Source: Setoptus koraiensis
Lineage: Eukaryota; Animalia; Arthropoda
Length of the DNA stretch: 64,000 nucleotides
Reading direction: 5' to 3'
Assembly: GCA_048013815.1 (NCBI GenBank)
Contig: CM106586.1
Coordinates: 7,502,001-7,566,000, forward strand
The position numbers were made by a program, and so were the translations under genes. Positions 35,664-47,207 of the stretch are shown piece after piece; position 1 is the stretch's first letter, and each line of letters begins with the position of its first letter. The notes beneath the pieces were generated by a model. It worked only from the letters and a program-made list of their open reading frames with translations. It was not told where the DNA came from and made no database searches.

Positions 35664-38600
35664 GGCGCACATCGCGAGGCACATTCAAATGTCTATCTGA
35701 TCTGTCTGGAATATGCGAAATCAAATCCGAATGCGCTGGCTCAACAATAATCATCAGATCAAACGGACAAACTTTTGCCAGTGGGCACAGCATTAACGCT
35801 TCACAACATTCAAAATAAACTCGTCGGCCTAATAACAGTGTAATAACAGTGCGCGCTTGTGTGCGACCTAACGATCGAGCCGGCCCAAATCCGGGCCCCA
35901 GCCGGCTCGCGTTTCGGCTCCGGCGTTTGGCTCCGGCGTTTGGCTTCTACGTTTGGCCTCGGCGTTTGGCCTCGGCGTTTGGCGCCCCTCCCGGCCAAGC
36001 GCGCAAGCACGAGGGGCCAAGAAATTGCGCGACGGGGCCCCATGATGGTTCGTGCTCGTTCATGGATGAAACGACAACCGCCAATGACCTGCTGCTCATC
36101 CCACGCCTGGCCCCCAACTCGCGCTCTAATATCTCCGGCTCAAAACAAACTCTGCATACCTAAGCGATCATTAGCCGACAGTCACACGCTGCCGAGAGCG
36201 TTACCGTTATCCGGCTCGCTGGCCGGCGCACCGGGCAAATCACGCCCGACGGCCGGCGCCGGGCTCACGGCGAGCAGCACATATCCAGACATTTATATCC
36301 AGATATCCAGACATTTATATCCAGATATCCAGATATTTGTATCCAGATACAGACCGATGCAGTGGCCATACATTGCGCCAATTTGATATCAGTGGCCCGA
36401 GGAATGCGCTCAAAACTTCTCGCCGTCCTAATGACATCAACGCCATATTCAACATACGGCGAGGGCTCGCTTTCGGCCTCTCAATTTGACAGTCTCAAAG
36501 GTCCCAGCGGCCGGAAGTGCACCTGTGCAGCTCGGGCCGCGACGGAGCCGCCTGCCCGTTGGTGGGCCGGTGCGCGGGCCGGTTTCGCGCGAAAGTGGCC
36601 GAAATGAGACCGCATCAACCCGCGTTCGGCTGGCGATTCATCATCGGACCAGAGGGCCAAAAGGCGGGCGCTCGCACAAGCGTAATGTTATGATTATGTA
36701 ATAAGTGCGCAGCCCCATGGATGGTGCCAATCAAAACAGTGCAATTGAGTAACGATCATGCAAATCAGCATGATCACTCTTGCGTGCGCCAGAGCTGCCG
36801 CTTCCGAGCCGCCGCTCGGCGCAGTGGCGCCCCCGGTGCCGATCGATTCGCCGTCGAGCGTCTGAGGCCAGCCGACGGGGGCCAGCCGACAGGCCAACGG
36901 AAACGGGCCTCCGACTGAGCTCGGCGGCTGCGAGAATCTCGCTGAGCCGAGATTGAGCTCAGATCCGGTTATCGGCTGACCAGCAGCAGCCAATAAGTAG
37001 GGTCAAGTGGGGCGACTCAAATGCCAAGTTGGGCGCGAGTTGCCCAAGTGAGCACTCACCGGCTGAGCACTTTTGCCGGCGCGCCGGCCCCACTGGCCCA
37101 AGTGGCCGATTGATCCCCAAAAAAGCCTATTCCGCCATACACTGTCTGCAAACTGCCGGTCGCTAATCCGCGCCCACGGTATCATAATAAGCGTCGAGGC
37201 ACCATGATGACGGTGCCCCGACTACCGACCATGATAACGGTGCAATAATGGGCGCCGGCGGTTGAGCCAGCGTGCGGGCCGGCCGCACACACAGACGCCA
37301 ATGACGGGCCCAAATCTAATCAGATGGGGCCCGTCATTATTTTGCGCTCGCCGATACTTACGCTGGCCGCGCTGGCTCGCGTTGCCAGGGACAGCGACAC
37401 GACTAATGCGACAGGTAATGCGCAAAGCGACAATGTCGCTGGCTCATTACGTAATACGTATCATACGAATCATCGCCGCAAATATACGATTGGCAGCGAT
37501 TTCGCGCGCTGCACACTAAATTGGAAAATCGCCAAGCGGCCGGCCGGCCGAGTGCGCGGGGCCGAGCGGTCGGAGCGCCGGATTGACCGGCGCTTGTGAC
37601 GGTCGGTCATGCCGTTATAGGCGGCCGGCGGGCCGGCGTCGGGAGGCAAAGAGCGCCCTCTGCGCCACATAATGCTGCATGATAGAGCAAGTAATGCGTT
37701 TAGCGGCCGCCATTATAATGCGGCAGGGATGCAAATATTTAAATGCGCATGCCAACACAAATAACAACATATTGGCCTCTTTTGTCACATAATGTCGGCC
37801 CGACATTATGTCGGGCGACACACGGTGCGCCCCTGCGAAATTTTGCGATTCCATCGGAATCGGGCGCTCGCCGTTGTTGTTGTTGTTGCCGTTGTTGTCG
37901 CTGTCGTTGCTGTTGCCGTTGTTGTCGCTGTCGTTGCTGTTGCCGTTGTTGCTGTTGTATATTATTAGCGAGCAAGCGAGCGGGCGCGCAACAAACTTCC
38001 AACAAATAATCGTATGCAAATTTGATGGGTGAACGGGTTCGCTCCATCGATCTAATACAAAGGGGCGCCCTGGCCGGGCGACGTCAGACGGGGGCGCCGC
38101 CAGGCAGCGACGGGCCAGACAGCGCGCCGGGCGCCGCACCCAGCGACACAAGAGCAGCCCCCCGTCTCCGAGGAGTTCCATTGGTGAGGCGCTTCCACAC
38201 AGCCCGTCGTACCGTCACACTACCTAATGTGGCGCCCGTGTACCGGTATGTGAACGCGTACGGGTATGCACGCGTCCGGGTTTGTGCGCGTACGGGTTTG
38301 TGCGCGATACACGCGCAGGTATTGCGCAATGGGCGCCGGCCAGTCGGCGGCCTCGACGGCACCGCCGCATCGGCTTGCGCGGCAGGCCAAAGGGGCCGAC
38401 GGGCCGAGGATGGGAGATGAGGCGAGCGTCTCCCATTCTTGGAGCGGGGCATTATTGGCTTTTATTATTATTCAAAGTCGACAAAGGCGAGCACGGGCAA
38501 CCGCTCGGTGTGTCATGTCGCCATCGATCGACATGACAGCCAGCAGATATACGGGTAATACAAGCGAGCGAGCAACATAAAAGAATCACGCAACTTCCTG

Positions 38601-39802
38601 TGCGATACTGTCACACGCCGGCTCGCCAGTCAATGAATTGCGGGGGCGGCCATTGTGCCTGTTTGGATATTGTGCCCATTTTGGATATTGTGCCCGTTTG
38701 GATATTGTGCCCGTGCGCGCGCCACAAGTTACGTCACAAGTACAAGTCACGGGCATGCACGGGCACGCGTTTTGCCACGCGTTATGCAAGTTATGTCACA
38801 AGCGCACAGCGTAAGTAGTATATTAATACAATGGCTGCTTGCGGTGCGCCCCCCACCTGGTGCGCGTCGCAAGACGTGATTGAGCGGCCGCTTGTGGCGC
38901 GCCAACAATGGGGCCCCGCGGGACAAGCGCAGCGCGCGGCACAGGAAGCGCGGACCAGCGCGCGGCGCAATCAATTGAGCGTCCGCAACAATCAATGTGT
39001 GTGTCGCTCGTTGCGCAATGACCAATCGGCCAATCGGACAAGGTGAGCTCGACTGTCACCGGTCAACTGTTGCCAGCACAATGGCCGCCGACAGCGGGCC
39101 CAGTGAGGCTGCTGACAAGCGCGCAGCGTGCTCGTGGCGAACAATCGGGCCGGATCGGACCAGGCGACACCGGACACCGGAGCGCGGTCGGATCAGGCGC
39201 GCGGTCGGGCAAAAAAGAGCCCGCGACAGGCTCGTGAGTGACGCTTGCGGCTTCAAACGGCCCGCCGAGTGACAGGTCCGCTGTCAGCGGTCGGCGGGCC
39301 GCATTGTCGCTCGTCGCCGATTGTGCGATCGTGCCGATTGCGCCGACTGTGTGATTGTGCCGACTGTGCGATTGTGCCGACTGTGCGATTGTACGGGGGC
39401 CCGCGGTCTCGCGCTCGCCACGGCACTGGCGCGATGCGGCCGGCGCGCCAACAGCCCGCTCGGGCAGTTGTGGCGCGCAGTTCACCACTGTCATGGCGCG
39501 GAGATAAATATATATTTATATATATAACGCAGTTACGGTATAACACGGTTATATGACACGGTTGTATGACACAGTTGTGCTCAGAGACGAACAAGTGCGA
39601 CGGGCGCCCCCATCGCACGGGCCCCACTGAAGGGGCCTCGTTGAGGGAGGCGCGTAAATGAAAAAGTGACTTGCGCGCCAAACTGGCTGTTTGTTTGGGG
39701 GCGCGCGGCGCGCGTTTGGAGACAAAGACGGAGCGCCAGTTGCGACGCTATATTGCGGGCTTGTTAGACTGCTCGTGGCAACGTGCAGCGGTGCTCGGCC
39801 AA

Positions 39803-39886
39803 GCTGAAAAGAACACCGAAACGAGCGCCGAAAAGAACGCTGAGAAGAACGCTGAAAAGAACGCTGAAAAGAACACTGAAAAGAAC
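39803..39886. repeat. 12-bp repeat x7 (GCTGAAAAGAAC)
   Basis: Read directly. Confidence 0.9.
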
Positions 39887-41367
39887 ACGACGGCCAGAAA
39901 TTGAATATGTGAGCTGGCAATTCGCAGTGGCTTCGCAAGGCACCAAATTGAATTCATTTTTACATGGGACCCAGCGACGCGACTTATCCGGCGCGTCTTA
40001 TTTGTACGCAGCACGCGCAACGATATTCATAAGCGCGCATTCCTCGCCGCTGCGGCGGCGAGGCTCGCTCGTGGCAATATACAAACGTCATTTGTTTGCG
40101 CACAGCGGCGCCAAACAACAACAACAACGCGCCAACAACTCGTGTGTCGTTGTCGTCGTCGTCGTCGTCGTCGTTGTTGTCGTTGTCGTCGTTGTCGTTG
40201 TCGTCCGTGTCGTCGGTGTCGGCGCTGCCGTCGGCCCACGGCGAGCCCGCTCTGCGTCGAGTCGCCAGCTCGAAGTAGAGCTAATGTAAAAACGTCGCCG
40301 GCAATAATAGCACCGGGATGCCGCTGCAACCAGCACCAATCTTCACGGCGACTCTCAACTGGAGACTCGCACGCTGAGCGGGCCGCTGCGCCCCCTGCGA
40401 GCGCCAAAACGGCCCCAGTCAGCCAGCCAATCGATGAGCCATTTGCGGCCGCATCGGGCCGCGCTGGGCCCCGTTGAGCGGCGTCGGGCCCACACGTGCC
40501 AGTCGCAAGTGTGCTAATAACAAGTGGCCAGCTCCGGGCGAGGGGCCCTCTGGAGGGGGCACGCGGGATCCGACGCCACGACAGCGCTGCTTTACGCTGT
40601 TTTGCGCTGTTCGCTGCGGCCCGGTCCGGGTGCCGGCTCGACATATTAGCGCTGGGCGTGGGTGCCGTCGAGCCGGAGCCGGGGAGGCGTCATTACGTGT
40701 AATTTGGTCGCTGCTCGGTGGCGGGTGCGTGTGTGTTTGGCGGGCGCCAGCAACGCCGACACCAACGACAACGTCGTATACACGTTATATCGAGACAACG
40801 TCGAGACGGCAACGTTTTTCCGCGCTGCCGCTGCTGTTGTCGTTCGGGTCCCGTGTTGAACTGTGTTTTACTGTGCACGCTGCCTTGTGCTGCCCGCACG
40901 CGCCCAAAGTGAATCTGTGTTCGCGGGGCCCCCACAGCGGCTCGCAAAGTCATGTTAAAGTTGTGCCAATGTTATAATATTATAACGTGCGCCGTGAGGC
41001 GCAGTGGCGCAAAACAAAGTTAACAAAGATTGCCCGTGTGCGCCGCTCTGGCAAGCTAGCGGCCGGGCACGCGCCGCCAGCCAGCGACCAGCCTGCCAGT
41101 TGTGACTTGTCTGCTGGGCCCGCGTTGCGCGTAGCACGTGCAGACAGCCGACAGCGAGCAGCAAAACAACTGACAACTGAATAACTGGCCGACTTAACTC
41201 AATTAGCTGTTTGTAGCTGTCACTGGCGATCGCCGGCCAGCGAGCACCTTTCAGCAGCGCCACCTACAACGTGCAACTGGCCAGATATGAGTTGAGCCCG
41301 ATAACCGCACGCGCGCCGTCTAGACTCTGGACGGGCAACGACGTGCGTTGCGGCGCGGCGCGCCGAT

Positions 41368-41433
41368 AACCCGACGGCAACCCGACGGCAACCCGACGGC
41401 AACCCGACGGCAACCCGACGGCAACCCGACGGT
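41368..41433. repeat. 11-bp repeat x6 (AACCCGACGGC)
   Basis: Read directly. Confidence 0.95.
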
Positions 41434-43190
41434 AACCAGACGATAGCCCGACCGAAGCTGGCGATGGCCCGACGGTGACGCGACGATCGCTAACGCTAAC
41501 AAGATTTGCTCTGATGTCCGCCGCATCGGGGGCGCGTTCGAGGCGGGCGCGATGGGGCCGGCCGTCAATTGGCGCCTCGACATATAATATGTGGATATAA
41601 TGGCATTAATGGTGTGTCCCCCGCGTGAGCCAATCTCGCTCGCGCGGTCCCCCCGGGCCAAACAGCGCGACCCGAAAAGCGAGGCCCGAACAGCGCTTTG
41701 CAAACTTGACGGCTCAAGTGCTCACAGCGATACGGCGGGCCGCGAGGGGCGACCAACTGCGCGACAGCGGCCGCTTGTTGCCCGCCGTCCGTTGGCCCGT
41801 CGATTACGGGCGCACCGAACATCGGGCCCCGTGCCGCTGACAAAGTGACGCAACCCAGCCGGCCAATGGGTTGAGCCGGGCTGGTCTGCGGCGCCGTTAC
41901 AACTCAACTGGCGCAACAGTCACCTATCGCTCACACTGTACAAATTGCACAGTGTGAGCCAGATATCCAGATATTATCTGGCGCAGGGGGCGCCAAATGA
42001 CACTGGTCGGCGGTTGCGTGCCATCGCGCGGCGCAAACTGCACGCCAGACGCGCAACGAGCGAAAAGAATTCGCATTCTGTTCTCACGCTTCTTTTGGGC
42101 CCCAACTTTCAATGTTCGACGCGGCGTGCAATTGTTTTATGCTCACTCAACAATGACCAAGGAATGTTCGTATCACACATTTGTATAAATATAGTGCCCG
42201 TGTTGCGCAACACACACACACACACTGTCGCCCAACTCATGCCCGAAATGCGTCCCGGGCGAAAATTCCCGAGCGTCGCTGCCGCTGCCGCGACACACCC
42301 GCCGACACATAATGCCCGTCGGTAGGTAATAACGGGTGCGCGCAAAATCAAAATCCATGGGATACCTTCGGATGTTGCCACAAGACACTTAGCGAATCGC
42401 CATTTTGGTCGCACCAACGGGCGCCCAAACATGAGCCTGTTGACGCTTTGTCCGCCCACACAACGGGCCGCCCGCCGGGGTACCGAGCTGGGCAGCTCCG
42501 CCGGGCGCATAATCATGATGGATGGTGCCGGCGTACCGCGGTATCATTTTGGATTAGTTGGCATGACATGCATTCGCTAATTTTTATTTTCTACGTTCTT
42601 GTTGGAAGTTGAAAAATGGCCGCGACACACAGATTTTGTCGTCTATTCATCGTGTCGCTCACGATGCCAAACGACTGGCTGCAAACGAGGGGCGCCGGGG
42701 GCACCTCGAACGGAGGCCCGGCTGCGGGCACGACAAACACAAATAGTGGCGACTGCCAAAAGTGACACAGCAACGAGATAAATCATTGTGACACACTATC
42801 AACAGTGTGCCGTTGCGAGCCCAACAAAAAACTTTTTGGCAAAAAGTCATTAGTGTGCCACTGTTGCGTAATGAGACAATCTGTTGATAACTCTTTGAAG
42901 GGCGCAAGAGGGCGCGAAAAGTGGCTGGCACTTTCAATTAATTCTCGTCACCGGCAACGCGCCAGCTTTTTTTGCATTTTTCGCTCTGCCGCGTGAAAAT
43001 CCATTAGCCCGCACGGGTCGCAGTGCCCAGCTGCTAATATGATGATGCAATATGATGCAATATTAATTGTATTGTTAATACATCACGCATTACATCATAC
43101 ATCATAGGTGATCTGATCGGTCAGAGCAGGCGTGACCCGGCGGCCGCGAGCCGCTCGCGGTGAGCGTGAAAAGCGTGAACACTTTTCCCG

Positions 43191-43250
43191 TGAATATTTG
43201 CGTGGATATTTGCGTGAATATTTGCGTGGATATTTGCGTGGATATTTGCG
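43191..43250. repeat. 12-bp repeat x5 (TGRATATTTGCG)
   Basis: Read directly. Confidence 0.95.
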
Positions 43251-43373
43251 CAAATAGGCGCTAATGGGCCCAAATATTCACGCCGAGTGTCCAGGTGACA
43301 GTCGCGGGTATGACCGTCGGAGATGCGGCGGTCGGCGGCGCGACATTCGGAGATGTTCGGAGGCGTGACTTAC

Positions 43374-43871
43374 CATTTTGAGCGGTTATGTTCTTGAGGG
43401 TGGCGCGATTGTCCGCCGATTGTCCGATTGTGTTGCCACTGTTGTAGATTGTTGTCGCCGGCTGCTTGCTTGACTCGTACTCATTCTCGCTGTCGTCGCT
43501 GGCCTGATTATCGCTGGCCACTTCCGGTCCGCGACTAGAATACCCGACGACGGCGGCGGCGCCCGTCGGCGTGGATTCCGGTGAGACGACAGACGAGGGC
43601 GACTGGAGATGGTCGATTTGGTCGCCGACATCCTCGCCGACAATGTTGTCGTCCTGGTAGGAGGACGCCATTTTATCACTAGTAATTGTATCATTGGTTG
43701 AGTGGTGATGATGATGCTCGTTGGCCCGCTCTCGCCGGGCGCGCCCCCTAGCTTGTTCCGGTGGAAACTGGTGGTGTCTGGATTGGAGGGCCTCGATGGG
43801 GGCGAGATGTGTCGGTGGCGGCTGCTTGGGCGAGGCGAGCGAGGCCTGGCGTCTTATTATCCTGACGAGCA
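43374..43871 (-). CDS. dpr: Dpr-family gene, upstream exon encoding an acidic/S-rich N-terminal stalk ending ...RATLKNITAQN-G (498 nt, phase 1-1; alternative phase-2 acceptor would start the exon at 43861)
   Basis: Strong pyrimidine tract then CATCGCAG|TG; donor AATG|GTAAGT; NITAQNG matches the Dpr N(V/I)TAQ.G motif before the first Ig Cys; joins 25282 in frame. Confidence 0.8.
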
Positions 43872-43993
43872 CTGCGATGGGATTGTAGAGGGAGGCAGTG
43901 GGAGGGCAGGGGAGAAACAGAAAGTTGGAATTGATTAATTTAGTGTTTGTTTGTTTGTTGACAACAGCGCGCAAGCGGCAGATAGATACAGTG

Positions 43994-44021
43994 TGCCCGT
44001 AGTGGGCGCCCACTACGGGCA
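43994..44021. repeat. Perfect 28-bp palindrome TGCCCGTAGTGGGCGCCCACTACGGGCA
   Basis: Self-complementary, no loop. Confidence 0.9.
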
Positions 44022-46339
44022 AGCGCTTTCCGGGGCCGGTCGCGGAGACGGGCCCGGGTAGGTTGGCGGCTGGCGCTAGTTGTGATGTGCTACGGCCAGA
44101 TATACGCCGGTCAGCACGCGATGACGATAAACGACGCAACTGGCAGCATGAGTGCAACTACTTTTTAAAACAACCACCAGTTTCGTTTGGCCAGATTATG
44201 CTAATGAGATTGCTTTTGTTTCTTTCGCTTCTTTTGCTTCTTTCGATGGCCGCTGGTCGGCCGGCTGCCGGCCCGTCGCCCGCACCGGCCGACCAGCGGC
44301 CGGACTGGGCGACGGCGTCTCAGCGGCTCGTTGTGTCAGCGGCCAGCGTGGCCACGCGCCATTATCATTAATGTCGCGCCACTCGCCAGACTGGCCAGAT
44401 AAAAAGAGCGAGATTATTGCGGGCAAGATTATTGTTTTAAGTTGAGTTGAACACAGTGTCGCACGCGAGCCAAAGTGGGCCAAGTGAAAAAATTGTATCC
44501 TCCGACGAGAGTGACTTTAATTCGCCGCTGCGAGCAGCAAAACAGAGAAAGTCCGGCCCGAATAATAAAACTGTGCGAAGAACAAAAACTGGCCGTATCA
44601 CTCACAAATTCAGCCCAGGCAATTTTTGCGATACTCGCACTCGAGTCGACAGTCTCGACACCGAATACACGGACCGCTGGACATATATATAGATGTGTCG
44701 TTATTCGCGCCCAGGGGCGTCAATGTCCAGACGCGCGACTCGACGTATTATACGGGCCGGCCGATATCGGTGTCCGCGTGCGCGTCGGCGAGCGTAATCA
44801 AATAAGAGCCCCGGGATTAGAGATGGATATAGATATAGGGCGCGAAAGGATTCTGGCCGCTCGCCGGCCCCACCGAGCGACACAGGCCGGCAGGGGGCTG
44901 GCTGGCGAGGGCCCCAAGTCGAGCGAGGGCCCAAATTCGAGCGAGGGCCCAAAGTGCAAAGTCAGACAGTTAATCCGAAGATAATTATTATGTATCATCT
45001 GTGTGGGTGCATCTTGCGGCCGCCACTGGCCTGGCAATGGGCGCTTTCGCAGCCATTATTGGATCTCGCTCACTCTCTTGGCTCTCACTCTCTTGGATCC
45101 GCTGGCCGTGGCCGCTCGCCAAGGCCGGCCCCACTCTCTGCCCAGAAGGACACAAATCTGCTTAGGTGAATTTACTTAGACTTGGCCACTCTTGGCTAAT
45201 AACGCTCACTTGGCCCCTGGCGCCGGCTTGCCGCCAGTTTCGTTTGGCCAGCGCCAGTAATACCCGTGGCCTTGGTCGGGAAGCGCGCTGGGGCCCGCTC
45301 CCATCTCTGGCTGGCACTCGATATGGCGGGATTAGGCCGCTGGTGCCCGAGCGGCTCTCTCAAGTTGCCACTGCCAACGAGTACTTGTGCGCATTGTGTG
45401 TGCCTTTCGAGCCGTGCACATTTATAATGGACAACATATGATGCACAACCATCATGTGTGTGATATATGGCGCTTAATTGTTGGGGCCCCGCGCTCGGCC
45501 CGTGATGAGATAAATAAAAACGTAGGCCAGACGTCAATGCGCTGGCTCACTGTCGAAAATGGCATTTGCGACTTGACTCGGGATTGACTTTGGCGGTGCG
45601 CCGGATAAATTGATTTGGTCTACGTTGGGCGTCTCGTATCGTATACGTACGTGACTCGTGTCCGGCTAAAAACAAAACAACAAGGCAAACAAACAAGACA
45701 AACGCAAACAAGCCCCCCGATCTGCCGGTGCGGGCGACCTGTCAGAGTGCGCGTGCCGTCTCGCGCTGCAACCGCACAACTCGTGCAACCGGCAACCCGT
45801 GCAACCGGCAACCCGTGCAACTTCGCAACTCGTGCAACTGCACAACTCGTGCAACTGCACAACTCGCGCAAACGTTTCCCTTCTCGGAGCGTTTCCGCGG
45901 GCCCGAGGAAACGCGACGGGCACGACGGGCAGCGCAACACTGCGCCCGACCGCTCGGGCCGGTGCCCACTTTGCTCGGCGCGTCTCACCGGACGACTCTG
46001 GCGGCCTCGCGGCAACTTGTCGCGACAAGTTCACCACCAGTCGGGCGCCCGACAAGTTCAAGTTGTTTGGCAGCCGGCGCAGCATTCAAATTGTCAAACT
46101 CATATCCAGGTCGCTGCGTTGTCACGCCAGATTTCGCCCAAGTGTGCCCGTCCCAATGCAAACACGCTGCGTGTGTGTGTGTGTGTGCTAATGTGGCGCT
46201 GATGGTAATGTATCCGTGCCCCAATCCGCAAACTCATAACGACACCCCGGAGAGGGCCCCACACACACACGCACACGCACACATTAGCGCATTTGCTCGC
46301 GGCTAATTTACTTTCGAGCCTCGAGTCGCGGGCGCGCCA

Positions 46340-46436
46340 GCGAGAGCCCCAAAGTGAGCGAGAGCCCCAAAGTGAGCGAAAGCTCCAAAGTGAGCGAAAG
46401 CTAGAAAGTGAGCGAAAGCTAGAAAGTGAGCGAAAG
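46340..46436. repeat. 18-bp repeat x5 with stepwise unit change (GCGAGAGCCCCAAAGTGA to GCGAAAGCTAGAAAGTGA)
   Basis: Read directly. Confidence 0.9.
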
Positions 46437-46828
46437 CGGCCCCATTCGCGCCGGCCAGCCACACGAAACTGCGACCCGAAGATACAATCTCGCATACACA
46501 TCATGTGCAATATAAATATTGTTATCACCGGCGAGCCGCTCAGCTTATCTGTGCCTGTACAGACAAGCCAGCCAATGGCAGACAGGTGACGCAGGTGAAT
46601 TGGGCCCCGTACGTATGCAGATAAATAAGGCCAGCAGAGGCGTGACATCTCTAAAGTCATTACGTCACGCTACTAGTGACAGCTAAATGGCTGTTGGATG
46701 GCAGCGCGAAACGGCAAAGGATGCAGACGAACGTGACGCGTAGCCACCAGGGCAATTCATTCAAAATTCATTTTGAATGATTCGCATCAGGCCGAGCGCT
46801 CCGGGGAGACAGCCGCCTCGTGCAATGC

Positions 46829-46912
46829 CGTTTGGGGCCCCCTGGCCCACCGCTCACCGGCTGCACATTGCAAGCCACAGCCAGTGAGCGGTGGGCCAGG
46901 GGGCCCCAAACG
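46829..46912. repeat. 84-nt hairpin: perfect 29-bp arms, one mismatch, 5 further pairs, 14-nt loop
   Basis: CGTTTGGGGCCCCCTGGCCCACCGCTCAC / GTGAGCGGTGGGCCAGGGGGCCCCAAACG. Confidence 0.9.
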
Positions 46913-47133
46913 AATGTCTGAATATTTACAAAGTGAAAACTTGCGCCAACTGGCTCTGCTCGGTCTTTCAGCACGACACACTTTGGCGCCATTATGTGGA
47001 TCACATAATAATTGTACCGCTGCCTGATGCATATATGAATATGCGGCCGCCTGGCGCCCGTGTGTGAATATGCGCCTGCCAGAGTGGGTGCCCGTTGGAT
47101 ATGCGCCACTCTGAAACTGCCGCCACTATCTCG

Positions 47134-47207
47134 GACATCCACTGTCGGGATATCCACTGTCGGGACATCCACTGTCGCGATATCCACTGTCGCGATATTC
47201 ACTGACG
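47134..47207. repeat. 15-bp repeat x5 (GAYATCCACTGTCGS)
   Basis: Read directly. Confidence 0.9.

Noticed and set aside
26819-37409. Intronic AG...GT pairs near 26820-26910 and 37360-37405 as the missing Ig1 mini-exon
   Set aside because: Neither encodes the required Ig cysteine motif; the exon at 25233-25282 fits exactly.
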